NCBI GenBank assembly: GCA_024231025.1
Contig: JAAEQW010000120.1
Location: forward strand, 66,324 to 130,323
DNA from: Candidatus Omnitrophota bacterium
GTDB lineage: Bacteria > Omnitrophota > Gorgyraeia > Duberdicusellales > 4484-171
DNA: 64,000 bases
Reading direction: 5' to 3'
In this document: positions 39,401 to 49,005 of the stretch, one piece after another
Layout of the letters: each line of letters begins with the position of its first letter
Numbering within the stretch: position 1 is the stretch's first letter
The notes under the pieces: model-generated
The model's input: the letters and a program-made list of their open reading frames with translations, nothing else
Database searches by the model: none
What the model was told of the DNA's origin: nothing
Position numbers and translations under genes: made by a program

Positions 39401-39431
39401 TAATATTAATAAAAGTTTTAAGATCATACAA

Positions 39432-40718
39432 TTAAAATCTTCTGTCTTTAGTTTGTTTGCGTTGTTTTTCGCGAGTTATTTTCGCTCCCAATTTCCTTAG
39501 CTTGTCTTCGATTCTTTCATACCCCCGATCTATATGGTAAACACGTAACAATTCAGTCTTGCCTTCTGCTGCCATGCCTGCAATTACCAGTGCGGCTGAA
39601 GCACGCAAATCAGAAGCCATTACCTCTGCGCCAAAAAGTTTACCTTTGCCTTCAATTATTGAATAAGGTCCATTTCTCTGGATCGACATACCCATGCGAT
39701 TAAGTTCAGCAACATGCATAAATCGATCTGGGTATACTTTTTCGGTTATAAGAGAGATCCCTTTTGTCAAACAAAGGCAAGTCATAAACTGTGCCTGTAA
39801 ATCAGTAGGAAAACCCGGATACGGCAAGGTGGTAAGATTAACCGGTTTTAGCGTTTTTGGTTTTACAAAAATATTCTTCTTTTCATCAAAAGTAATATTG
39901 GCTCCCATCATCCTACTAGCTTCAATGATCGATGTAAGATGCAAAGGGTTGGCTGATTTTATAGTTAATGGTGAATCAGTAGCCAGACTGGCAGCAATAA
40001 ATGTTCCTGCTTCAATCCTATCGGGGATAATTTTAAACTCACACCCTCCCAAAGATTGCACACCACGCACCTTTATTAACGGCGTTCCTTCTCCGGAAAC
40101 TACCGCTCCCATTTTTTTTAAAAATAATGTTAAGGCCTCTATTTCCGGTTCGCAAGCCGCATATTCAATTGTTGTTTCACCTTTGGTTAATACCGCCGCC
40201 ATTAGAACATTTGCCGTAGCAAGAACTGATGAACCAAAAACTCCGCCAAGATACACATGGCTGCCCTGTAATTTTTTTGCCTCTCCAATGCAATAGCCTT
40301 TATCGACAATAATTTTCGCACCAAGCTCTTTTAGCCCTTTTATATGTAAATCAACCGGACGCACCCCGATAATACATCCACCGGGAAGAGACACCTTTGC
40401 CCGTTTCCTTTTCGCTAAAAGCGGACCCAAACAACAAAAAGAAGCTCGCATCGTGCTTACTAATTTATACGGAGCAACATAGCTTTTTTTCCTTTTTGAC
40501 TCAATATATAAAACATTGTCTTGAAACGTAATTTTCTTGCCCAAAACCGCTAAAATATCAATCATCGTTCTGATATCCATAAGGTCAGGAACGTTGCTAA
40601 CTACGCATTTTTCATCGGTAAGCAAAGTAGCGGCCATAATCGGCAAAGCGGCATTCTTAGAGCCGCTGATTTTAACCGAACCCTTAAGGCGTGATTTATG
40701 AATTATAAATTTATCCAT
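39432..40718 (-). CDS. murA: UDP-N-acetylglucosamine 1-carboxyvinyltransferase
   Basis: MDKFIIHKSRLKGSVKISGSKNAALPIMAA, catalytic Cys region RASFCCLGPLLA, C-terminal DRGYERIEDKL. ORF-track start 40751 trimmed to the internal ATG (MDKF) on family N-terminus conservation. Confidence 0.85.
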   Translation of the reverse strand: MDKFIIHKSRLKGSVKISGSKNAALPIMAATLLTDEKCVVSNVPDLMDIRTMIDILAVLGKKITFQDNVLYIESKRKKSYVAPYKLVSTMRASFCCLGPLLAKRKRAKVSLPGGCIIGVRPVDLHIKGLKELGAKIIVDKGYCIGEAKKLQGSHVYLGGVFGSSVLATANVLMAAVLTKGETTIEYAACEPEIEALTLFLKKMGAVVSGEGTPLIKVRGVQSLGGCEFKIIPDRIEAGTFIAASLATDSPLTIKSANPLHLTSIIEASRMMGANITFDEKKNIFVKPKTLKPVNLTTLPYPGFPTDLQAQFMTCLCLTKGISLITEKVYPDRFMHVAELNRMGMSIQRNGPYSIIEGKGKLFGAEVMASDLRASAALVIAGMAAEGKTELLRVYHIDRGYERIEDKLRKLGAKITREKQRKQTKDRRF

Positions 40719-41526
40719 TATTTTTAAGTTGTAGAATGACTCCCCGATCATGATTAGAATAATCTTTTATCCACTCTATGATCGTAAAATTTCCCAAAAA
40801 GCTAACGAGCAGCTCTACCCTCTCTCTATGATTATATCCCACTTCTAGCATTATAAAACCATCTTTTTTAAGGTAACCGGAGGCATCCCGTATTATCTCC
40901 TCAATAAAGGAAAATCCGTCATCCTCAGCTTTCAAGGCAGTTCTTGGTTCATATTTAAGACTATCTCGTATAAGCTCCTCACTAACATAAGGCGGATTGC
41001 TAATCACAAGATCAAAACTGTTTTTCTTAAAAGCCGAAAATAAATCACTGTTTATCAGACCAATTTTTACTTTGTGGGACTTTATATTGTTTTTGGTCAC
41101 CTTCAAAGCTGACAAGCTTATATCAGAAGAAAAAACTTTAATATCCTTAGAAAGTCGTTTTAAGCTTATGCCGATGTTTCCCGATCCAGTACATAAATCT
41201 AAAACCGTCTTTAATTTATTATCTTTAATGAGGCGCGCTGCCTTCTCTACAATTAATTCTGTTTCTTTGCGAGGTATCAATACATCACTGGTGATTTCAA
41301 ATTCCCAGCCAAGAAATTCTTCTTTACCTAAAATATATGGTAAAGGCATGCCTTGTGCATATAAATTCTTTATTTCATTAAGGCAATGCAGTTTTTCTTC
41401 ATTTAAAGACGGATTATCGTACACAGCCAAAGCAAGACTATCAAAGAACACGCTTTTAACCAAAAAACGTAGGTCTCGATCGAAAAATACTTTTTTATTT
41501 ATATCAAGCCAATCCTTTAGCTTCAT
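40711..41526 (-). CDS. prmC: release-factor glutamine N5-methyltransferase (HemK/PrmC)
   Basis: SAM motif VLDLCTGSGNIG, catalytic NPPY (LVISNPPYVSEE). Confidence 0.8.
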   Translation of the reverse strand: MKLKDWLDINKKVFFDRDLRFLVKSVFFDSLALAVYDNPSLNEEKLHCLNEIKNLYAQGMPLPYILGKEEFLGWEFEITSDVLIPRKETELIVEKAARLIKDNKLKTVLDLCTGSGNIGISLKRLSKDIKVFSSDISLSALKVTKNNIKSHKVKIGLINSDLFSAFKKNSFDLVISNPPYVSEELIRDSLKYEPRTALKAEDDGFSFIEEIIRDASGYLKKDGFIMLEVGYNHRERVELLVSFLGNFTIIEWIKDYSNHDRGVILQLKNNG

Positions 41527-42574
41527 AAATTTTTTCTCTTTCTGCTTTTATTAACTTCTTAATAATCTCATCCAGGTTGCCTTCTAGAATTGCTTCCAGA
41601 CGATAAATAGTAAAATTTATTCTGTGATCGGTTACCCTTCTTTCTGGAAAATTATAAGTTCGTATTTTTTCGCTACGATCACCAGTACCTACCTGAACAC
41701 GCCTAGCTTGGGTTACTTTGCCGATTTCTTCTCTGCGTATTTGCTCTAAAATTCGTGCCTTTAAAACTCTCATCGCCTTAGCTCGATTCTTGATCTGTGA
41801 CCGCTCATCCTGACAGCTTACGACTACGCCAGTAGGAAGATGTGTAATCCTAACTGCTGAATCAGTAACATTAACGTGTTGACCGCCAGCACCTGAAGAC
41901 CGATAAGTATCAATCTTTAAATCGTCGGTGTTTATTTTTAATTCCACCTCTTTAGGCTCAACTAAAATAGCAACGGTAACTGTTGATGTATGAATCCTTC
42001 CACTCGATTCAGTGGCTGGCACTCGCTGCACGCGATGCACACCCATTTCAAATTTAAGATTATGATAAGCGCCTTTTCCCTTAACAGAAAAAATAACTTC
42101 TCTGCAACCTCCTATCTCAGTAAAGCTTGAGTTAAGAAGTTCCAACTTCCAGCCTTTCTGCTCAATGTATTTGCTATACATTTTAAAAAGCGCTCCAGCA
42201 AAGAGCGAAGACTCTTCCCCACCAGCAGCGGATCTTATCTCGATCATAAAATCATAATCCGGCTCGCTTTCTTCAAAAAGCTTGCCCTCTATATCATCTT
42301 CTACGGATTGCAAGTTTTGAACCAACTCAGCAAGCTCCTCGTTGGCAAGAGCACGAACATCTTCATCTTCAGAAGAATCAGAAATAACTTCTTGGAGATG
42401 CTCTTTTTCTTTAAAAAGATTTCTCCTTCTTTCTAAAAGAACTATTATTTTCTCCAAAAAAGCGTAACGCTTGGCTAATTTTTGATATTTATCTCTATCA
42501 GATATCACCTCGCAATCAGAAAGCGCAATAGCTATTTCTTGATGCTCTTGTTTCAATTTTTCGTAATTAATCAT
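41504..42574 (-). CDS. prfA: peptide chain release factor 1
   Basis: PAT tripeptide (RVQRVPATES) and GGQ (SGAGGQHVNVTDSAVRITHLPTG). ORF-track start 42583 is TTG; the ATG at 42574 (MINYEKL) is more plausible. Confidence 0.9.
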   Translation of the reverse strand: MINYEKLKQEHQEIAIALSDCEVISDRDKYQKLAKRYAFLEKIIVLLERRRNLFKEKEHLQEVISDSSEDEDVRALANEELAELVQNLQSVEDDIEGKLFEESEPDYDFMIEIRSAAGGEESSLFAGALFKMYSKYIEQKGWKLELLNSSFTEIGGCREVIFSVKGKGAYHNLKFEMGVHRVQRVPATESSGRIHTSTVTVAILVEPKEVELKINTDDLKIDTYRSSGAGGQHVNVTDSAVRITHLPTGVVVSCQDERSQIKNRAKAMRVLKARILEQIRREEIGKVTQARRVQVGTGDRSEKIRTYNFPERRVTDHRINFTIYRLEAILEGNLDEIIKKLIKAEREKIYEAKGLA

Positions 42575-42585
42575 ACTCTTCAATT

Positions 42586-42754
42586 AAAAACGTAAAGCTA
42601 AAAGCGAAATCCCGCACTTTAATATATTTTATTTGCGGGACCCCGATAGACGGGGAACCATAATTCAAAATTCAAAATTTCTTTCCGGAATAAAGAGTTT
42701 ATTTACTTTTAAATTCTACGCTATGGCTTTGCATTTTGCGTTTTTAGTTTTTAG
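42586..42754. repeat. MITE-like inverted-repeat element, copy A (with two extra internal GC hairpins)
   Basis: Arms aaaaacgtaaagctaaaagcg (left) and tacgctatggctttgcattttgcgtttttagtttttag (right) match copy B and the termini of the four-helix-bundle element. It retains a decayed MQSHSVEFKSK* remnant of the cargo gene's start. The right arm supplies the last ~5 codons and stop of rpmE. Internal hairpins at 42611..42639 and 42641..42655. Confidence 0.65.
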
Positions 42755-42953
42755 TTTTTTTGCCGTACTTTTTGTAAAACTTGTCTACTCTTCCTTCTGA
42801 ATCAACAAACTTCTGTTTGCCGGTAAAAAAAGGATGGCACTTCGAGCAAATTTCCACATTAATTGTCTTTCGTGTAGAACGAGTGTGGACCACATTTCCA
42901 CAAGCACACATAATTGTGCACTGCTCGTATTTTGGATGAATTTTATCCTTCAT
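42744..42953 (-). CDS. rpmE: 50S ribosomal protein L31
   Basis: MKDKIHPKY...[12 protein letters not shown]...[13 protein letters not shown] (zinc-ribbon CxxC...CxxC L31 type A). Confidence 0.9.
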   Translation of the reverse strand: MKDKIHPKYEQCTIMCACGNVVHTRSTRKTINVEICSKCHPFFTGKQKFVDSEGRVDKFYKKYGKKTKN

Positions 42954-43086
42954 TTTTTCCTCCTGGTATAATTTCTGATTCTGTCAAAAATTACTATTTG
43001 TTTTTACTTAAGTTTTCACTTCCATTTCTTCCCAAAACACCCTGTTGTTTTTATCATAAGCCATCTTTAGAGTGTGCCATTATACA

Positions 43087-44385
43087 TTATTTATTGAGAG
43101 AAAGCAAAAACTCTACATTATTCTTAGTTTTGGTGAGTTTGCCGGTTAATAGCTCCAAGGCCTCCGCTGAACTCAACTCATTTAGCGCCTTTCTCAATAC
43201 CCATATTTTCTGCAATTCGTCAGGATGAATAAGCAACTCCTCACGTCTAGTGTTAGAGCGCTTAATATCAATCGCCGGGTAAATACGCTTCTGAAACATG
43301 CCTCGATCAAGAGTTATTTCCATGTTTCCTGTGCCCTTAAACTCTTCGAAAATAACATCATCCATGCGCGAACCGGTGTCAACCAAAGCTGTTGCAATAA
43401 TTGTTAAAGATCCCCCCTCTTCCATTGTTCTCGCCGCACCAAAAAATCTTTTTGGTTTATGCAAGGCATTAGAATCAATACCACCAGAAAGAATTCTTCC
43501 TGAATGAGGTTCGTTAAGATTATATGCGCGTGCCAAGCGCGTAATGCTGTCTAACAAAATTACCACATCTTTTTTATGCTCGACTAATCTTTTTGCGCGC
43601 TCAATAACCATTTCGGCAACTTGAATGTGGCGATGAGACGGCTCATCAAAAGTAGAACTTAAAACCTCTCCCTTTACAATGCTTTTCATCTCTGTAACTT
43701 CCTCAGGACGTTCATCAATTAAAAGCACCATTAAAAATATTTCAGGGTAATTTTTCATTATGCCGTTAGCAATTTTCTGCAAAAGTACAGTTTTGCCGCT
43801 ATAAGGCGGCGCAACAATAAGCCCTCGTTGTCCTTTTCCAATCGGACATAGCAAGTCCAAACATCGGCACGAAAGCTCATTTGGGGCAGTTTCCATAATG
43901 AAACGGTCGTTAGGATACACCGGCGTTAAGTTATCAAAAAGAACTCTGTTTCTTGATTCCTCAGGGTTTTCAAAATTTACCGCCTCAACCTTTAAAAGCG
44001 CAAAATATTTTTCGTTATCTTTCGGTGGACGAATTTGCCCGCTCACCGTATCTCCTGTTTTTAGAGCAAATTTTCTAATCTGCGATGGTGAAACATAAAT
44101 ATCATCTGGTGAAGGCAGATAGCTATAATCTGAGGAGCGCAAAAAACCAAATCCTTCAGATAAAACCTCTATTACCCCATTTCCAAACATAAGTCCGGCC
44201 TTCTCAGCCTTTGCTTGCAGGATCTTAAAAATAAGATCCTGCTTTTTTAAACCACTTACAGAGTCGATTTCCAACTCCTTGGCAATCTTGTTTAATTCTG
44301 CGATTTTCATTTCTCGTAAACCAGCAATATCAATACGGTCATTAGTTTTGACATCGCTACGTTTTGTTGTTTTGTTATTCACCAT
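43087..44385 (-). CDS. rho: transcription termination factor Rho
   Basis: N-terminal RNA-binding OB domain, Walker [21 protein letters not shown]-loop and R-loop. 432 aa. Confidence 0.9.
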   Translation of the reverse strand: MVNNKTTKRSDVKTNDRIDIAGLREMKIAELNKIAKELEIDSVSGLKKQDLIFKILQAKAEKAGLMFGNGVIEVLSEGFGFLRSSDYSYLPSPDDIYVSPSQIRKFALKTGDTVSGQIRPPKDNEKYFALLKVEAVNFENPEESRNRVLFDNLTPVYPNDRFIMETAPNELSCRCLDLLCPIGKGQRGLIVAPPYSGKTVLLQKIANGIMKNYPEIFLMVLLIDERPEEVTEMKSIVKGEVLSSTFDEPSHRHIQVAEMVIERAKRLVEHKKDVVILLDSITRLARAYNLNEPHSGRILSGGIDSNALHKPKRFFGAARTMEEGGSLTIIATALVDTGSRMDDVIFEEFKGTGNMEITLDRGMFQKRIYPAIDIKRSNTRREELLIHPDELQKIWVLRKALNELSSAEALELLTGKLTKTKNNVEFLLSLNK

Positions 44386-44388
44386 AAA

Positions 44389-44997
44389 TCACCTCTTTTT
44401 TTTGTTTTTCCCATATGTTTTTAACTTGTTCCACAAAACCCCTGTTTTTATTTTTAAATCCTGCAGGTTGCTGCTATTGTAAATTACAAAATCAGCTTTT
44501 TTTATTTTTGCCTTAACAGGAAGATAGAAAGATAGTCTTTTTACTGCTTTTGGTCTGCTCATGTTGTACTTGCTCATAGCTCTGCTTACAGTAATTTCTT
44601 TTTTTGCCACAACAACAATAACCGCATCAAAAATTGATGAAAGTTTTTTCTCAAAAAGAAGCGGCACTTCAGCAACAAATATTTTATTATCAGCTTTCCC
44701 GCACCAAGCTTTTAGTTCTTTTATAATCGGCGGATGAACAATTCCTTCCAGCTTGAGTAACTTTTTAACATCAGAAAAAACCAATCCACCTAATTTTTTA
44801 CGGCAAATAACGCCATTTTTTTTAACTGCTTCGGGGAAAAAACGTATAACTTTTTTATAAACAGTACTATCCCTATTTCTATAGTAGCGATGCACTATTT
44901 TATCAGCGTCAAAAACAACCGCCCCTTTATTTTTAAGGCCTGCTATAACAACGCTTTTTCCACTTGCAAAATTGCCGGTTATCGCAAATGAAGCCAT
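44389..44997 (-). CDS. coaE: dephospho-CoA kinase
   Basis: P-loop ITGNFASGKS at the N-terminus, about 200 aa. Confidence 0.8.
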   Translation of the reverse strand: MASFAITGNFASGKSVVIAGLKNKGAVVFDADKIVHRYYRNRDSTVYKKVIRFFPEAVKKNGVICRKKLGGLVFSDVKKLLKLEGIVHPPIIKELKAWCGKADNKIFVAEVPLLFEKKLSSIFDAVIVVVAKKEITVSRAMSKYNMSRPKAVKRLSFYLPVKAKIKKADFVIYNSSNLQDLKIKTGVLWNKLKTYGKNKKKR

Positions 44998-44998
44998 T

Positions 44999-46405
44999 TT
45001 ATACTGTCATCCTCTCGCATTTAGTCTTATTGAGAGCTGCGCTTTTGTACATATCAATGTATCTTTTTGCTGTTGTTTCCCAAGAAAAAACATTGCTCAT
45101 GGCTCTTTTAGCTGTAGCGTACCACTTTTTTTTATTTTGAAAATACGCACGCGCTCTTTCAATGGTAAAAATTAAGTCCTGCGCGCTGTAATCGCTAAAA
45201 ACAAACCCCATACCTCCCTCTTTAATATCGCTAACCGTATCAGCTAGCCCTCCTGTCTCATGAACAATTGGTAAAGTACCATAGCGATAGCTAATCATCT
45301 GAGAAAGTCCACAAGGCTCAAAACGTGAAGGCACTAAAAAGACATCGCTTCCAGCATAAATGCGATGAGCTAGTTCTTCGTCAAATTTTAAAGTAACTGC
45401 CATGCTCCCCTTATACTTTTTTGCACTTTTCTTTAAACTCCTATGATAAGCTTGATCACCTACGCCTAAGATGGCAATTTGACAGCCCGGCAAAACCTTG
45501 TCCAAAGATTGACTTAGTATGTCCAAACCCTTTTGCTCAGTTAAGCGGCTAACCATTCCTAAAAGTAAAATATTTTTATCAACTTTTAATCCCAAATCTT
45601 TTTGTATTTTGCATTTGTTGATTGCCTTTTCAGCAATTGTTATCTTGGAGTACTTCTTATAAATTAAATTATCTGTTTTAGGATTCCAAATCTTGTTATC
45701 AATCGCATTTAGTATTCCCGAGAGAGAGCCACGCCTGCGTTTTAATACCCCACCAAGGCCACAACCATACTCCTTGTTTTGAATTTGTTTGGCATAAGTA
45801 GGACTAACTGTGTTAACCACATCGGAAAAAAGAATACCTGCTTTAAGAAAGCTAATTTGTCCGTAATACTCCAAACCATCTATTCCAAAGTATTGCCCCG
45901 GTATCCCTAAAAAATGATATTTATCTTTATTAAACAACCCTTGATAAGCAAGATTGTGTATCGTTAATACAGAAACTGCGTCCTTAAAAAAGTTATCACC
46001 ACTATAGGCAGTTTTAAGATAAACACTAATTAAGGATGTCTGCCAATCATTACAATGGATAATTTTCGGTGAAAAATCAAGCTCTTTCAATAATTCTAAT
46101 ACTTTTTTGTTAAAAAAGGTAAAGCGCTCTAAATTATCGGAATAATCGCAATCCCCATCTTGGTAATAACCGTCCCTTTGAAAATAATGGTCATTTTTAA
46201 TAAAATAAAACTCTACTCCGGATTGTTTCGTATACCCGTAATTATCAAATATCTTTTTTGGTTTTATGCCTTTATAAAAAGGAATAAAAACTTTTACTTG
46301 GTGGTGTTGCTTAGCCAAGCTCACCGGGAGTGCCCCGGCGACATCGCCCAATCCGCCAGTTTTAGCAAATGGATAACTTTCAGAAGAACAAAAGGCTATT
46401 TTCAT
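44999..46405 (-). CDS. glgA: glycogen synthase (ADP-glucose type, GT5)
   Basis: N-terminal KTGGLGDVAGALP (KTGGL motif). GT-B C-terminal domain with E-x7-E region. 468 aa. Confidence 0.8.
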   Translation of the reverse strand: MKIAFCSSESYPFAKTGGLGDVAGALPVSLAKQHHQVKVFIPFYKGIKPKKIFDNYGYTKQSGVEFYFIKNDHYFQRDGYYQDGDCDYSDNLERFTFFNKKVLELLKELDFSPKIIHCNDWQTSLISVYLKTAYSGDNFFKDAVSVLTIHNLAYQGLFNKDKYHFLGIPGQYFGIDGLEYYGQISFLKAGILFSDVVNTVSPTYAKQIQNKEYGCGLGGVLKRRRGSLSGILNAIDNKIWNPKTDNLIYKKYSKITIAEKAINKCKIQKDLGLKVDKNILLLGMVSRLTEQKGLDILSQSLDKVLPGCQIAILGVGDQAYHRSLKKSAKKYKGSMAVTLKFDEELAHRIYAGSDVFLVPSRFEPCGLSQMISYRYGTLPIVHETGGLADTVSDIKEGGMGFVFSDYSAQDLIFTIERARAYFQNKKKWYATAKRAMSNVFSWETTAKRYIDMYKSAALNKTKCERMTV

Positions 46406-46419
46406 TTTGTTAATTCTCC

Positions 46420-48900
46420 TTACACTTTGGATTCATTTTCCATATTTGCCCAGGTTTTTCCAACTTTAATTTTTACTTCAATCGGAACATCTAGTTTTAT
46501 ACTCTCTTGCATATTTTTTTTAATTATACCGACCACTTGGTCATATTCATTCTTACTTACATCAAAAATTAATTCGTCATGAATCTGAATGATCATCCGT
46601 GATTTTAAGTTATATTTTTTAAATTCATCTGCAATTTTTACCATCGCAACCTTTATAAGATCCGCACAAGAGCCCTGAATCGGAGTATTAACTGCCTGGC
46701 GGCGAGCAAACTCTCTTAAATGAGGATTGGGGCTATTGTAATCCATCAGTTTTCTCTCGCGAGAAAGAATAGTCTTAACAAAGCCGTTTTCTTCTAAATC
46801 CTTATGCACTTTTTTTATATATTCTTTAACTTGAGGATAACGGGAAAAATAATCCTCAATAAAGGTTTCTGCCTCTTTTGGAGCAATCTTCAACTCTCGA
46901 GACAATCCGTAAGAGCTCATCCCATAAAGTATCCCGAAATTAACTCGTTTTGCAATATTTCGCTGATGGCTATCTACTTCTTCTGTGTCAAAAAGCAGTG
47001 ACGCGGTATATCTATGCACATCTACTCCGCTGTTAAAAGCTTTTTGAAGCTTTTTATCGCCTGAATAATGAGCAAGAATTCTTAACTCAATTTGGGAATA
47101 ATCTCCTGAAATTAAACAGCCTTCTTCAAAAGACGACACAAAGGCTTGGCGTAATTCATCAGCAAATTCACCTTTGACCGGAATACTCTGTAAGTTTGGA
47201 GATGAGCTAGATAGCCTACCTGTTTGAGCCGCAGTCTGGTTAAACTGTGCGTGCAGTTTTCCATTACCTTTTTTTACTGATTCAATTATCGGCAAAATAT
47301 ATGTTGTCTTTAATTTATTCATCGTGCGATAATCTAAAATAAAACTGGCGATATCATGGCTAATCGATAGTTTTTGTAAAACTTCTTCTCCGGTGGAGAA
47401 ACCGGTTTTAGTTTTTTTCAACGGTGTAATTCCAAGTTCACCAAACAACACCGCACTTAATTGTTTTGGCGAGTTTAAATTAAATTCATGACCAGAAATC
47501 GCAAATATTTTGCGAACAACTACCTTTAGCCTCTCGTCTACTTTAAGCAAAAGCTTCTGTAATGTTTGCACGTTAACCTTTACACCAAATTTCTCCATTT
47601 CTGCCAAAACTGTGATCAACGGCATTTCAACGTTAAAAAGCAACTTTTGCATTTCTTTCTCTCTTATTTGGGAAGAAAAATGCTTATAGAGTTCATTTAT
47701 AAAGTAAGGCGTCGCAGCAGCAGGCACATCTCCGTTGCAATCGTCTAAATAGCAGGCACCGAGAGCCAAAAGCGAATAATCCCCAAATGTAGAATCAGCT
47801 AAATATGCCGCGATCTTAGTGTCAAATAAAATACCGTTTATTTTAATACCGGAAGATATCATCTGCCGTTTAAACCCATGGGATATTTTTTTTATCGATT
47901 CATCCTCTAAAATAGATTTGGCGTCTTTTAGTTTTAGTTTATAAGTGTCGCCGTCAAAGAAATACACGTAATCACCATCAATAAAAAAGGTTGCTGTTTC
48001 CTTATTGGGAATTGTTTTCGCCTCTTTCACTATTATCTCTTTTTGCGGTCTTTCAGGCGAAAGATCCCTAAACAATGCCTTAAATTCAAGTTCGCGAAAT
48101 AAATCACGCAACGATTCGGTATCTGACTCACCGATCTTTAAATCATCCGCACCCATACTCAACTCACACTTATACAATTGCACCAACTCTTTGCTTAAAA
48201 ATATATCATCTTTACTTTGAAGAAGAAGATCTTTTACTTTCAAAGAAAGCTTATCAACATTATTAAATATCGTCTCAACTGTTTTAAATTCTTTTATAAG
48301 CTTAGCCGCGCCCACCTTGCCAATCCCGCGCGCACCCGGAACATTGTCTGCTGCATCACCAACCAATGAAAGGTAATCAACCATAAACTCCGGCTCAAAC
48401 CCAAAATCATTCATAAAGTCGTTCTCAGTAAACACTTTTTCCTTGGCCGAATTGTAAATTGCTACCTGCCCTTCGTTGAGAAGCTGGTACATATCCTTAT
48501 CCGAGCTTATGACAACAACCTTTTTCCCTTTGTGGCATGCCTCCCGACAAAGAGTGGCAATTACGTCGTCGGCTTCATACCCTTCCTTTTCAATAACAGC
48601 AATCCCCATAAATTTGAGTAATTGTTTTATTGTCGGAATCTGCTCCTTTAAACCTTCGGGTGCTGGCGGTCTATGCCCTTTATAGTCTTGAAATTTGTCC
48701 TGACGAAAGGTCTTACGCGAAACATCAAAACAAACCCCCATGCATATTGGATTGTATTTTGAGATTATCTTTTGCAAAATCTTATAAAAACCATATACAC
48801 CCCCCGTAGGTCGCCCCATAGAAGTAGAGAGCTTAATCGCAAAAAAAGAGCGATAGCATATAGACGTTCCATCAACAAGATAAATAGTATTTTTTGACAT
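46420..48900 (-). CDS. polA: DNA polymerase I
   Basis: 5'-3' exonuclease N-terminus, polymerase motifs A (DYSQIELR), B (RRQAVNTPIQGSCADLIK) and C (QIHDE). Exo I-III motifs of the 3'-5' proofreading domain not evident (Taq-like). Confidence 0.9.
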   Translation of the reverse strand: MSKNTIYLVDGTSICYRSFFAIKLSTSMGRPTGGVYGFYKILQKIISKYNPICMGVCFDVSRKTFRQDKFQDYKGHRPPAPEGLKEQIPTIKQLLKFMGIAVIEKEGYEADDVIATLCREACHKGKKVVVISSDKDMYQLLNEGQVAIYNSAKEKVFTENDFMNDFGFEPEFMVDYLSLVGDAADNVPGARGIGKVGAAKLIKEFKTVETIFNNVDKLSLKVKDLLLQSKDDIFLSKELVQLYKCELSMGADDLKIGESDTESLRDLFRELEFKALFRDLSPERPQKEIIVKEAKTIPNKETATFFIDGDYVYFFDGDTYKLKLKDAKSILEDESIKKISHGFKRQMISSGIKINGILFDTKIAAYLADSTFGDYSLLALGACYLDDCNGDVPAAATPYFINELYKHFSSQIREKEMQKLLFNVEMPLITVLAEMEKFGVKVNVQTLQKLLLKVDERLKVVVRKIFAISGHEFNLNSPKQLSAVLFGELGITPLKKTKTGFSTGEEVLQKLSISHDIASFILDYRTMNKLKTTYILPIIESVKKGNGKLHAQFNQTAAQTGRLSSSSPNLQSIPVKGEFADELRQAFVSSFEEGCLISGDYSQIELRILAHYSGDKKLQKAFNSGVDVHRYTASLLFDTEEVDSHQRNIAKRVNFGILYGMSSYGLSRELKIAPKEAETFIEDYFSRYPQVKEYIKKVHKDLEENGFVKTILSRERKLMDYNSPNPHLREFARRQAVNTPIQGSCADLIKVAMVKIADEFKKYNLKSRMIIQIHDELIFDVSKNEYDQVVGIIKKNMQESIKLDVPIEVKIKVGKTWANMENESKV

Positions 48901-49005
48901 TAACTGCTGGAAGAATAACTCACGATAATATTTCTAACTTTAACTATAGAAAATTTTACTCTTTATTTTTTGAATTTTATAGACTATACGGCTGGTGCCT
49001 TTACC

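Noticed and set aside
46420-48900. polA as possibly truncated or pseudogenised (826 aa, no obvious 3'-5' exonuclease motifs)
   Set aside because: The frame is intact with all polymerase and 5'-nuclease motifs. Proofreading-deficient Taq-like Pol I is common. Not a pseudogene.
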